Of a DNA stretch of 64,000 bases, positions 38,598 to 46,760 are shown one piece after another (positions within the stretch are counted from its first letter, which is position 1; every line of letters starts with the position of its first letter). Origin of the DNA: Candidatus Multivoradales bacterium (GTDB lineage: Bacteria; Acidobacteriota; Thermoanaerobaculia; Multivoradales; J023). Location of the stretch: assembly GCA_965248925.1 (NCBI GenBank), contig CBDFLE010000006.1:3077953-3141952 (forward strand). The letters are read 5' to 3'. A program made the position numbers and the translations under genes. Under the pieces are notes generated by a model. It was not told the origin of the DNA. It saw only the letters and a list, made by a program, of their open reading frames with translations, and did no database searches.

Positions 38598-38828
38598 TCA
38601 CTTGGTTCGTTGAGCTTCTGTGCGCCAGACGTCGTTGAGGTTTTGAGCAATATCGTCGTTCCCTCTGCGGAGCTTCCGGAGCCTCTCGGAGACTAATCTT
38701 TCGGCCGCATCGGCTGCATTCTTCCCATAGCCACCATGGCCCACCAGAGCTTCGAGAAACAGCTTGTTCATCAGCGTTGTGGAGATCGTAATCTGGACTG
38801 ATGGGACTGTGTTCGCGGAACGCGGCAT
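38598..38828 (-). CDS. Small ribbon-helix-helix-like protein (putative regulator/antitoxin)
   Basis: VQITISTTLMNKLFLEALVGHGGYGKNAADAAERLVSERLRKL fits beta-strand, helix, loop, helix. Preferred over the overlapping 85-aa frame (38593-38850), which is Trp/Cys-rich and not protein-like. Confidence 0.4.
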   Translation of the reverse strand: MPRSANTVPSVQITISTTLMNKLFLEALVGHGGYGKNAADAAERLVSERLRKLRRGNDDIAQNLNDVWRTEAQRTK

Positions 38829-38896
38829 AGCTTGACTCTGTTGCGGTCAATCGTGACCTTTTCAGGTGAATTGCCGAAGCGGCTTACTTTCTAATC

Positions 38897-38928
38897 TATT
38901 CTATTGTAATAAGAATGTCAATAGAATA
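38897..38928. promoter_or_regulatory. Inverted repeat TATTCTATTG-N12-CAATAGAATA upstream of the RHH-like gene
   Basis: Perfect 10-bp arms at 38897-38906 and 38919-38928, in the most AT-rich stretch, 69 nt upstream of ATG 38828. Confidence 0.4.
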
Positions 38929-39296
38929 CGTACGTGGAGATGTCGTATGCGAAGAGGATTCAAGCACTACATATAGTGGCTGTTCATAAGTTACGCTTTA
39001 TTTGCGTGTGCACTTGAGGCGCCTAAATATCTTGGTGGCCAAGCACTCTGAATTCTCTCGCCAGCTGTTGGCAGTCGAGAGTAAGACGAAGCGACTCACG
39101 CTCAACGACTGCAAGGTTCATTGGGCTGTGGCCGCCGATTCATAGCAGCGGGCTCAGTGGCGCCTGTCCGAGGAAAGTCGGATAGTCCAACAGGGGCTTA
39201 GATGGGGAGTTGGCGGCCCGAGACATTGAGGGTGGGGGGCGTTGCTAGCTTCAGCGGCCACGCCAGCTTGCGATGAATTTCGCTTGCCTCAGGGGC

Positions 39297-39878
39297 TCAC
39301 CCTCTTTGCCTGGGCCAGTTCTTGGCCATCCAAGATGGGTTCAGCCGCCAGCCGGTGGAGGGTTGCACGGCATCGCGGCGGGAGATTGCTGGCGGCAGCA
39401 GGTCGGCGGTGAACGGTGAGTGGTGGATCCAAGGTGGCCGCCAGCTCAGCCAACGTAGGTGGGTGATTCTGCTCAAGTCGGGGCTGTAGAGCAGGTCGAA
39501 CGTCGCGCGGCCGAGGCGGTCGACTATGTTGGTGGCTTTGAGAGCCGCCTTTGCCGGGTGGTCGCTAAAGCGCGGCTTGGCCAACACCCACCATGGATCG
39601 TAGTGCCACAGTCGGCCAAGTTCGCCGGCCTGATCGCCGAGCGATCGCGGCTCGAGGCCGGCCGCGATCTGCAATCCCCACCAGTGCCGGGTTACCGCTC
39701 CCGGCCTGGCGGCAAGATCCAAGATCGCCGGCGAATGCGGCAGGATCAGCATGAAACGCTGCACCCGTCCGCTGGCGTCGAAGAAGGGAAAGACGCTGGT
39801 CTGCGAGTAGCTCCGCGAACCGATTCGCAGGGTTGTTCCGTGCAGGGAGCGGGCCGAGCAATGACGACGCTGAGTCAA
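39297..39878 (-). CDS. Hypothetical Trp-rich soluble protein, translationally coupled to the SPFH gene
   Basis: The TTG start overlaps the SPFH TGA (TTGA). Third-codon positions are mostly G/C across the ORF (checked by hand at both ends). No motif recognised. Alternative start at ATG 39752. Confidence 0.45.
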   Translation of the reverse strand: MTQRRHCSARSLHGTTLRIGSRSYSQTSVFPFFDASGRVQRFMLILPHSPAILDLAARPGAVTRHWWGLQIAAGLEPRSLGDQAGELGRLWHYDPWWVLAKPRFSDHPAKAALKATNIVDRLGRATFDLLYSPDLSRITHLRWLSWRPPWIHHSPFTADLLPPAISRRDAVQPSTGWRLNPSWMAKNWPRQRG

Positions 39879-40738
39879 GGGTCGTCTCGGGGGGCTTCGA
39901 AGGCGGTCGCCGCGAGCCCGACAATGCCAGGATTCATCGACTCGACCATCCCCGAGGGCACCACCATCAGCGCCCCGCGCTCTTTGATCGACTCGTAGGT
40001 CATGTTCATCGCCCGGATACGGAGAGCAGTTGGGTTTTGCCGATAAACCTGCGACGCTTTGTCCATCTGTTCAGCCACCAGCAGCTCGGATTCGGCCAAG
40101 ATGACCCGCGCTTCTTTCTCGCGATCGGCTTGAGCCTTGCGACTCATGGCGTCTTCGAGGCTGGCCGGAATGCGCACGTCGCGGATCTCCACCGACTGCA
40201 CGGTGACTCCCCATTCCGAAGTCTTGGCGTCGATCAGCCGCTGTAGCTCTTCGTCGAGCCTTTGTCGGTCGGAGATCATCTCAACCAACTCGGCTTGGCC
40301 GATGATATCGCGCAAGGTGGTTTGGGCCGCCCAGCTGACGGTGGTGGCGTAGTGCTCGACTTCGAGCACCGCCCGTTGGGCGTCGGTCACCACCCAGAAC
40401 AGCACCGCGTCCACATCCACTGGCACGGTGTCTTGAGTCAGGGTCTTCTCGGCCGAGAAGGAGTCGGCACGGATGCGCATGTCAACCCGTGAACTCAGCG
40501 TATCGAACAGCGGTAGCAGCCAGGAGATGCCGGGTTTCAAGACCCGCCGGAATCGGCCCAGGCGCAGCACCACGCCGCGCTGCCACTCATTGACTTGGCG
40601 GGGAGAGAGGGCCAGCAGCCCGCCGAGCAGCAGAATCTCTATCGGTGGCCGGTGCCAAAGCGCCACGAACCCCCCGGCCAGCGCCAGAGTGACGGCGATG
40701 ATCAGCCCGCAGACTACATTCGAGCTACCTTTCAGCAT
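39875..40738 (-). CDS. SPFH/band-7 (stomatin/slipin-like) membrane protein
   Basis: N-terminal TM, then EWQRGVVLRLGRFRRVLKPGISWLLPLFD...TQDTVPVDVDAVLFWVV...EWGVTVQSVEIRDVRIP. Confidence 0.9.
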   Translation of the reverse strand: MLKGSSNVVCGLIIAVTLALAGGFVALWHRPPIEILLLGGLLALSPRQVNEWQRGVVLRLGRFRRVLKPGISWLLPLFDTLSSRVDMRIRADSFSAEKTLTQDTVPVDVDAVLFWVVTDAQRAVLEVEHYATTVSWAAQTTLRDIIGQAELVEMISDRQRLDEELQRLIDAKTSEWGVTVQSVEIRDVRIPASLEDAMSRKAQADREKEARVILAESELLVAEQMDKASQVYRQNPTALRIRAMNMTYESIKERGALMVVPSGMVESMNPGIVGLAATAFEAPRDDP

Positions 40739-41132
40739 CAGCGATCTCCTTCCACAGGGTTTCGATCAAACGGCCGACTTCCCCGACTCGCAGGCCGGCG
40801 TCGCGGCTCAGTTCGACCAGGCGGCGAGCGCTGGCCGAAATTTCCTCGAGCCGCGCGGGCTCGACCACTTGCTCAGCACTGGCCGCGGTGACGAAGGTGC
40901 CGACGCCTCGTTCCAAGCGCAGCAGACCCTCGCGCTGCAGGTCGCGGTAGACCCGGGCCACCGTGTTGGCGTTGATCCCTAGCTCCACCGCCAAGCTGCG
41001 CACCGTTGGCAGAGCGGCCCCGGCAGCCAGCTGGCCACGGTGGATCCACAGCCGTATCTGTTCTTCGAGCTGGATGTAGATCGGGATACCGCTACCGCGA
41101 TCCACCGCAATAGGAATCTCAAGCGTCTGCAT
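40725..41132 (-). CDS. GntR-family transcriptional regulator, short YtrA-like type
   Basis: IPIYIQLEEQIRLWIHRGQLAAGAALPTVRSLAVELGINANTVARVYRDLQREGLLRLERGVGTFV. 135 aa. The 3' end overlaps the SPFH start by 14 nt. Confidence 0.9.
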   Translation of the reverse strand: MQTLEIPIAVDRGSGIPIYIQLEEQIRLWIHRGQLAAGAALPTVRSLAVELGINANTVARVYRDLQREGLLRLERGVGTFVTAASAEQVVEPARLEEISASARRLVELSRDAGLRVGEVGRLIETLWKEIADAER

Positions 41133-41154
41133 GAGTCTCAGAGTATAGTGACCT

Positions 41155-41193
41155 AATGAACTAGTTAACTAGTTCATTTTTTGAAAAATGAAC
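41155..41193. promoter_or_regulatory. Perfect 24-bp palindrome AATGAACTAGTTAACTAGTTCATT plus a third AATGAAC half-site; candidate GntR operator
   Basis: Palindrome at 41155-41178, starting 23 nt upstream of the gntR-like ATG. It overlaps a second inverted repeat GTTCATTTTT-TG-AAAAATGAAC (41172-41193). A TATACT hexamer (minus strand, 41147-41142) lies between the palindrome and the ATG. Confidence 0.55.
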
Positions 41194-41268
41194 GCTCTTC
41201 ACACCTCTTGATCCATATATTGCGAAGTTGCTATCGTTGGTCTACACCTAGTCGAGAGGGAGAGAGTC

Positions 41269-41922
41269 GTGGATCGCGAGGAAACTACCTCGGGGATCTC
41301 GCCAGTCGTTGTCCGGCCAGAGCCACCGCCCCTCGGTGAGCTGCGCGGAGAAGTCACCGGCATGCTGCGCGCTTGGCGAGCTGGTGATACCGCTGTCATG
41401 GATCGGTTGATGCCGGTGGTCTATGCCGAACTGCGCCGCTTGGCCGGTTTCTACATGCGGGCGGAGCGTGGTGGGCACACGCTACAGCCGACGGCGTTGA
41501 TTCACGAGGCCTATCTGCGCTTGGTCGAGCAGCGCGGGCTGGACTGGCAGAGTCGTGCCCATTTTGTTGCCGTGGCAGCGACCATGATGCGTCGGGTGTT
41601 GCTCAATCATGCTCGCGCCCAACAGGCGGAGAAACGGGGTTCGGGAGAGCCGCTGCTACCCCTTGACGCGGTCGTCGAAACCCTCGGCTGGCAGCCGGCG
41701 GAGTTGATAACCCTCGACGATGCGATGGCTGATCTGACGCGCACTGCGCCACGGCTGGGCCAGATCGTCGAGTTGCGCTTGTTCGGTGGTTTCAGTGTTG
41801 TCGAATCAGCTCGTTACCTTGAAGTTTCCACTGCCACGGTCAAGCGTGATTGGCGCTTGGCCAAGGCTTGGCTGCGGCGCCAGCTGAGTCGCGAGTCGGC
41901 AATAGAGGAGGCCACAGGGTGA
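41269..41922 (+). CDS. ECF sigma factor of the PF07638 (Sigma70_ECF) type
   Basis: LRAWRAGDTAVMDRLMPVVYAELRRLAGFYMRAERGGHTLQPTALIHEAYLRLV...VELRLFGGFSVVESARYLEVSTATVKRDWRLAKAWLRRQL. Confidence 0.9.
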   Translation: MDREETTSGISPVVVRPEPPPLGELRGEVTGMLRAWRAGDTAVMDRLMPVVYAELRRLAGFYMRAERGGHTLQPTALIHEAYLRLVEQRGLDWQSRAHFVAVAATMMRRVLLNHARAQQAEKRGSGEPLLPLDAVVETLGWQPAELITLDDAMADLTRTAPRLGQIVELRLFGGFSVVESARYLEVSTATVKRDWRLAKAWLRRQLSRESAIEEATG

Positions 41923-44753
41923 GTCGGATCGAAAGTTGGGGGCAGCTGCGCGAACTTTTCGAAGCCGCCCTGGAGCTGCCAGCGAGCGAGCGCCAGGGCT
42001 TTCTCGACGGCTCGGGCTGTGGCCCGCAGTTACGCCACGAGGTGCTCGAGCTAATCGCTGCCGATAGCGCGCCTGCCGATCGCTTGGATCAGCCGCTGAT
42101 CGGGCCGCTGGGCCAGCTTGGCCTGCGGCTTGCCAACTCGGCTTCGCCAGCCGGGGTGGCCGAGACCCTCTTCGCAGGCGGGGTCAGACAACTCGGCGTG
42201 GATCTGGGGGTGAAGGGGAATATCGGTCCCTACCGCTTGTTGTGCGAGCTTGGTAGCGGTGGCATGAGCACGGTCTATCTGGCGCAGCGCAACGACGATC
42301 ACTATCAGCAGCGGGTGGCCATCAAGGTCATTCGTCAGGGACTCGACAGTGAGCCGATGCGGCGGCGTTTTCGCCAGGAACGGCAGATTCTGGCGAGCTT
42401 GGAACACCCTCACATCGCCCGCCTGCTCGATGGTGGCAGCACCGGCGACGGCTGGCCCTACGTCGTTATGGAATATGTCGAGGGCCTGCCCATCGATCAA
42501 CACTGCCAGCGCCAGGGGCTGGGCTTGCGTCAACGATTGCACCTCTTTCGGCAGGTGTCGCTGGCGGTGCAAGCGGCCCATCGGAACTTGGTGGTGCATC
42601 GCGATATCAAGCCGAGCAACGTTCTGGTGACCCGCGAGGGGGAGCCCAAGCTACTCGACTTCGGCATCGCCAAGCTGCTCAACCCGGAGCTCAGTGCTGC
42701 CGAGCTGGTTTCTACCCGCGCTTCGGCGCCGTTGATGACCGCCGGCTATGCCAGTCCGGAGCAAGTACGGGGCGAGCCGACTACCACCGCTAGTGATGTC
42801 TATTCGCTTGGCGTGCTGCTTTATGAGTTGCTGACCGGTCGGCGCCCCTACCAGCTGGACACGCTGTCGGCGCTGGAGATTGAACGGGTTGTTTGCCAGG
42901 TTGATCCGTTGCCGCCGAGCCGTCTCGAACCCGCGAAGGAAGGCGAGGGGGAAGCCTCGACACCGCTACCGGCCACCCGTCTCAGCGGCGATCTCGATGC
43001 CATCGTCTTGCAGGCCATGGCCAAAGAGCCGGCCCGGCGCTATGGCTCGGCCGAGCAGCTGGCTGAGGATCTCGGCCGTTTTCTTGAGCATCGACCCGTC
43101 CGTGCCCGGCGACCGACCTCTGCCTATCGTGTGGGCAAGCTGATCCGGCGCAATCGGCTGGCTAGCGCGCTGGTCCTACTGATGGTGTTGGCGGTAGTTG
43201 GTTTGGCGGTACAGAGCGTCTTTCTACGGCGTGCCCTGGCCGAAGTGAGGGCAGAGCAAGAACGGGCAGAAATCGAGCGCGCTCGTGGCCAAGAAGTCAC
43301 TCGGTTGATGGTCGACCTATTTGAGGTGGCGGCGCCCGGCGAAGTGGCCGGCAACACGGTGACTGCTCGCGAGATTCTCGATCGCGGAGCGCAGCGAGTT
43401 GAGGTCGAACTGCTGGGGCAGCCGCTGGTCAAGGCCATGTTGCTCGACACCATGGGCCAGGCGTACCGGCAGCTGGGGCTCTTCCAGCAGTCCGAAGGGT
43501 TGCTGCGGCGCGCCTTGCAGACTCGCTTGGCGGAACTTGGCGGCGATCATCCAGAGGTTGCCGAAAGCCTCGCCCATCTGTCTCTTCTGCGCCATTTGCG
43601 AAGCGAGTTCTCAGACGCTGAGCGTCTTGCCAGAAAGGCCATGGCGATCCGTCAACGGGTTTTCGGCGACGACCATCCGCAGGTCGCTTCGAGTCTCAAC
43701 GATCTAGCGGAGATCGTCAGTGTCCGCGGGCCGGCCGAGGAAGCCGAAGAGCTCTTCAACCAAGGGCTGCGAATTCGCCGCCAGCAACTTGGCCCGGACC
43801 ATCTCGATGTTGCCGAGAGCGAAGCGGAACTTGGTTTCTTCTTGCTCGAACGGGGAGCGATCGACGAAGCCGAGCCGCTGCTGCTGGATGCGTTGAGAAT
43901 CTGGCGGCAGCAACTCGGCCTCGAGCACCCTCTCACCTCACTCGGTCAGCATCACCTGGCTGACTTGTTAGCCAAGCGAGGTGACTTTGCCGCCGCCATT
44001 GAGCTGCAGCAAGAAACCTTGTCATCAGAGCTTCGCGTATTGGGCGATTGGCATCCGCAAGTGGCGGCTAGTACTAGAACCCTGGGGCGAATTTACCTCG
44101 ACGCTGGAGACCTGAGCGCGGCGGAACGGCAATTACGGCGGGCCCAAACGATTCTCGAACGGGGTGAGCCACGGAGCGTGACCCTGGCTGGCTTGTTGTC
44201 CGAGCTGGCTAAGACTCTGCTGGAACAAGGGAACTTGCAGGCAGCGCGGGATCTGTATGTGCGCTCTTTCGAGATCCTTCGCGCCGTGCTCGGTGAGGAT
44301 CACCGGTGGACCCTGGGGAGCCTCTCCAATGTCGCCCGAGTTGAGCGTAAGTTGGGCAACTTGGTGGCCTCAGAACTCCGTCTGCGCGAGCTTCTGGCGG
44401 TGCTCGAGCAAGATCGTCACGAACCGGTAGATTTCGAGTTGGCTCGTTTCGAACTCGGGCGAGTGCTGCTGGAACGAGGCCATGCGGCAGCGGCTGAGCC
44501 CTGGCTGCGCCGCGGCCATGCGGGGCTGTTGGCGGCGGCGGAGGCCGATCTGGCGGCGATGGCGGCGGCTGAACTGGGCCTCTGCCTTCTGGCCCTGGAG
44601 CGGCGCCCGGAAGCGCTGCCGCTGCTGCTGGATAGTCGACAGTTGCTAGTGGCGACCGGCAACCAGATTTTTGTCGCTACTCTGGCCAAGCTCGATCGCG
44701 GTCTAGAGCAGCTCGGTTGCCGCGGAGCGACACCGGCGCGGGACTGTCGATAG
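41919..44753 (+). CDS. Membrane Ser/Thr protein kinase with a C-terminal TPR array
   Basis: LGSGGMSTVYLA, VAIKVI, HRDIKPSNVL, DFGIAK and GYASPEQ. One TM (ASALVLLMVLAVVGLAV). Many TPR_12-like repeats follow. GTG 41919 overlaps the sigma TGA (GTGA). Confidence 0.9.
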   Translation: MSRIESWGQLRELFEAALELPASERQGFLDGSGCGPQLRHEVLELIAADSAPADRLDQPLIGPLGQLGLRLANSASPAGVAETLFAGGVRQLGVDLGVKGNIGPYRLLCELGSGGMSTVYLAQRNDDHYQQRVAIKVIRQGLDSEPMRRRFRQERQILASLEHPHIARLLDGGSTGDGWPYVVMEYVEGLPIDQHCQRQGLGLRQRLHLFRQVSLAVQAAHRNLVVHRDIKPSNVLVTREGEPKLLDFGIAKLLNPELSAAELVSTRASAPLMTAGYASPEQVRGEPTTTASDVYSLGVLLYELLTGRRPYQLDTLSALEIERVVCQVDPLPPSRLEPAKEGEGEASTPLPATRLSGDLDAIVLQAMAKEPARRYGSAEQLAEDLGRFLEHRPVRARRPTSAYRVGKLIRRNRLASALVLLMVLAVVGLAVQSVFLRRALAEVRAEQERAEIERARGQEVTRLMVDLFEVAAPGEVAGNTVTAREILDRGAQRVEVELLGQPLVKAMLLDTMGQAYRQLGLFQQSEGLLRRALQTRLAELGGDHPEVAESLAHLSLLRHLRSEFSDAERLARKAMAIRQRVFGDDHPQVASSLNDLAEIVSVRGPAEEAEELFNQGLRIRRQQLGPDHLDVAESEAELGFFLLERGAIDEAEPLLLDALRIWRQQLGLEHPLTSLGQHHLADLLAKRGDFAAAIELQQETLSSELRVLGDWHPQVAASTRTLGRIYLDAGDLSAAERQLRRAQTILERGEPRSVTLAGLLSELAKTLLEQGNLQAARDLYVRSFEILRAVLGEDHRWTLGSLSNVARVERKLGNLVASELRLRELLAVLEQDRHEPVDFELARFELGRVLLERGHAAAAEPWLRRGHAGLLAAAEADLAAMAAAELGLCLLALERRPEALPLLLDSRQLLVATGNQIFVATLAKLDRGLEQLGCRGATPARDCR

Positions 44754-44776
44754 GTGCGAGGTATCCCCGGCTGGGG

Positions 44777-44815
44777 GGCGGCGTGGCCACCGCCAAGAAA
44801 TTCGGCCACGCCGCC
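44777..44815. terminator. 12-bp perfect GC-rich stem-loop between convergent genes
   Basis: GGCGGCGTGGCC (44777-44788), a 15-nt loop, then GGCCACGCCGCC (44804-44815). No clear U-tract on either strand. Confidence 0.35.
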
Positions 44816-44825
44816 AAGCTAGCGA

Positions 44826-45674
44826 TCAGTCGTTGATGCAGACCCCTTCGACGCGCTCGAAGTCCATCGAATGGCTGACGCTGACATTGGTCAGCAAGAA
44901 GCCGCTCGGCTGGGTCGGCACGCCGGGTTGATACTGGTCGACGATCTGAATGGCGCCCGGAATCGGTCGCAACCCCGGCGGTACGCCACCGTTGGGGCCG
45001 AGAAAGGTGCCGGGTTGGGTGGGGGGATTGGGTACCGTGCCGTTGACGATCTCGGCCGCGGGACAGCCGAAGATCGACAGGTCGACGGTCTCTTGCTGGC
45101 CGGTGAGAGTGCTGTAGGTCAAGCCGCTACTGATGTCGTAGGACAAGGGCGGCAGGATCGGGTTGCCGTTGTCGAGCTTGGCCAGGCCGGCGCAGACCTG
45201 GGTGGTCTTGGTGGTCCACACCACCAGTTCTTGATCGCTGACGAGGCGCACCATGCCGCTGTAGAAAGGCTTGCCGGCGGGTAGGACACCGTTGATCGCC
45301 TGGGCGATGTGGTTGCAGTCGATCACCGTGGCGCTGTTGCTGCCCAGCATCAGATTGGCGGGCACCAAAGGGGTTGGCCCGGCAGCGTTGGCCCAGCGGT
45401 TGTTGTCGGTGCGCAGCACTTCTGCTTGGATTTGTGCCGGCTGCTGCATGCCGTAGTTGGTGAAGTCGACCTTGGTGGCGTAGTTGGCCACCTTGACCAG
45501 CGGCTCGTAGCCTCCCGGACCGATGTCCGAGATCTGGAAGCCACACTCGAAGTTGACGATGTAGACGAAGAACACCGGCATTGGCGGCTGGGTCTGGCCC
45601 AGGGTCGGGATGGCCAGACCGAGCAGCAGGATGCAATTGATCAGTAGAGCGAGGCCTTTGTTGGGCTGGGACAT
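44826..45674 (-). CDS. Hypothetical secreted protein
   Basis: ATG 45674 (MSQPNKGLALLINCILLLGLAIPTLG) gives a signal peptide. The mature part has five Cys. No motif assigned. Confidence 0.55.
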   Translation of the reverse strand: MSQPNKGLALLINCILLLGLAIPTLGQTQPPMPVFFVYIVNFECGFQISDIGPGGYEPLVKVANYATKVDFTNYGMQQPAQIQAEVLRTDNNRWANAAGPTPLVPANLMLGSNSATVIDCNHIAQAINGVLPAGKPFYSGMVRLVSDQELVVWTTKTTQVCAGLAKLDNGNPILPPLSYDISSGLTYSTLTGQQETVDLSIFGCPAAEIVNGTVPNPPTQPGTFLGPNGGVPPGLRPIPGAIQIVDQYQPGVPTQPSGFLLTNVSVSHSMDFERVEGVCIND

Positions 45675-45836
45675 TGCTTCAATCCTCCTTCTGGAAAACA
45701 AGGAACTCGCTGCCTACACGGCAAGGCGAGCCGAGGGCGAGCCACAGCTCGCCTCGTCTGGTAGCGCACCAAGAGGAGGATGGAGGGATCAGTCGTCGCC
45801 GAAAAACTCTGCGATCAAAACTGACGCAGTCTAGAG

Positions 45837-46760
45837 CTAGATATCGAGACCCAGGGCAATGGCCAGCTGGCGTAGCTTGGCCTGGACCTGGCGCATATTC
45901 TCGGGGCCCATCCGCAGCAGATGCTTCTGCGCTTGGTTGAGCCGCTGGTAGCGCGCTTCACGGTAGTGGTAGGAGCGAATGCGCTCTTCGAGCAATGGCG
46001 CCGCGGTGGGCACTGGCGTGGCCAGCAGTTGCCGGATGGCCGCTGCCAGGGTTTGGCGCAAATCACCGTCGGGATAGCCGAGATCGCTATAGGCCTCGGC
46101 GAGCAAGGGTTCCAGATCTTCGAACGCTCGCAACGTACCGGCGGTGTCGAGGGAGGCGACGGCGTTGGCCAGCAGGTCGAAGCGACGATAGCTGCGCGGA
46201 TCGATCGCCGGCCCGGCGCTGGATTCCTCGGCCACGAAACCACGCCCCGGGTCGAGGAAGCGCAGGTGAGGTTTGGGACTTTCGCCACGGGCGAGATTGT
46301 CGACCACCGCCACGAAGCGCCGCGCCAGGCGATCGTTAGCCAGCCATTCGACCAACTTGGGTTGGGCCGACAGGGTGGCGACTAACTGGCGGATCACTGG
46401 ATCGCTGGCATCGAGCGGCGGCAGTTTCAAGCGTGGCCGCGGCGGCGGTTCGCTACTGGGTGGTGGTGTTTCGGTCACCGCCGCCGGCGCTGTTTCAACG
46501 GTCGTTACCGGTGTCGCCGTATGGCGCTGGTAAAGCCACACCGCCACCGCGCCGAGTACCAGCAAGAGCAAGAGGATGAGCCAGGGAGACAAGCCGCCGC
46601 GGCGATCTTCGGGCGGCGGTAGGAAGGGCTCGGGCTGGGAGAAGCCGTCGGCTGCGTCCAGCTCGTCGGCCCGCATCAGGTCGGGACCGTCGTCGAGAGC
46701 TGCGCCGATATCGGGTAGGTCGCTGTGGGGCTGCGAGTGCTTGTCCATGTCAGACCGCAT
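45837..46760 (-). CDS. DUF3014-like membrane-anchored protein
   Basis: One TM (SPWLILLLLLVLGAVAVWL), a Pro-rich linker, then LPPLDASDPVIRQLVATL...RRFVAVVDNLARGESP, which resembles DUF3014 as I recall it. Overlaps the ABC-F 3' end by 11 nt. Confidence 0.5.
   Translation of the reverse strand: MRSDMDKHSQPHSDLPDIGAALDDGPDLMRADELDAADGFSQPEPFLPPPEDRRGGLSPWLILLLLLVLGAVAVWLYQRHTATPVTTVETAPAAVTETPPPSSEPPPRPRLKLPPLDASDPVIRQLVATLSAQPKLVEWLANDRLARRFVAVVDNLARGESPKPHLRFLDPGRGFVAEESSAGPAIDPRSYRRFDLLANAVASLDTAGTLRAFEDLEPLLAEAYSDLGYPDGDLRQTLAAAIRQLLATPVPTAAPLLEERIRSYHYREARYQRLNQAQKHLLRMGPENMRQVQAKLRQLAIALGLDI

Larger units (their letters stand above)
37963..39296. other. AT-rich islet interrupting GC-rich flanks
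   Basis: Visibly lower G+C than the surroundings. For example, 38881-38940 has 19 G+C of 60 by my count. No integrase or flanking tRNA is seen. Confidence 0.6.

Noticed and set aside
38593-38850. Alternative 85-aa frame overlapping the RHH-like ORF.
   Set aside because: The translation (…GGPWWLWEECSRCGRK…) lacks regular secondary-structure periodicity. The 76-aa frame gives a clean strand-helix-helix pattern. Neither frame is verified.
39002-39145. Roughly 47-codon plus-strand ORF (LRVHLRRLNILVAKHSEFSRQLLAVESKTKRLTLNDCKVHWAVAADS) divergent from the RHH gene. It might be a tiny Cro-like HTH.
   Set aside because: Only TTG/GTG starts, no visible RBS, very short, and the HTH resemblance is weak. 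Kept as a note, not a feature.
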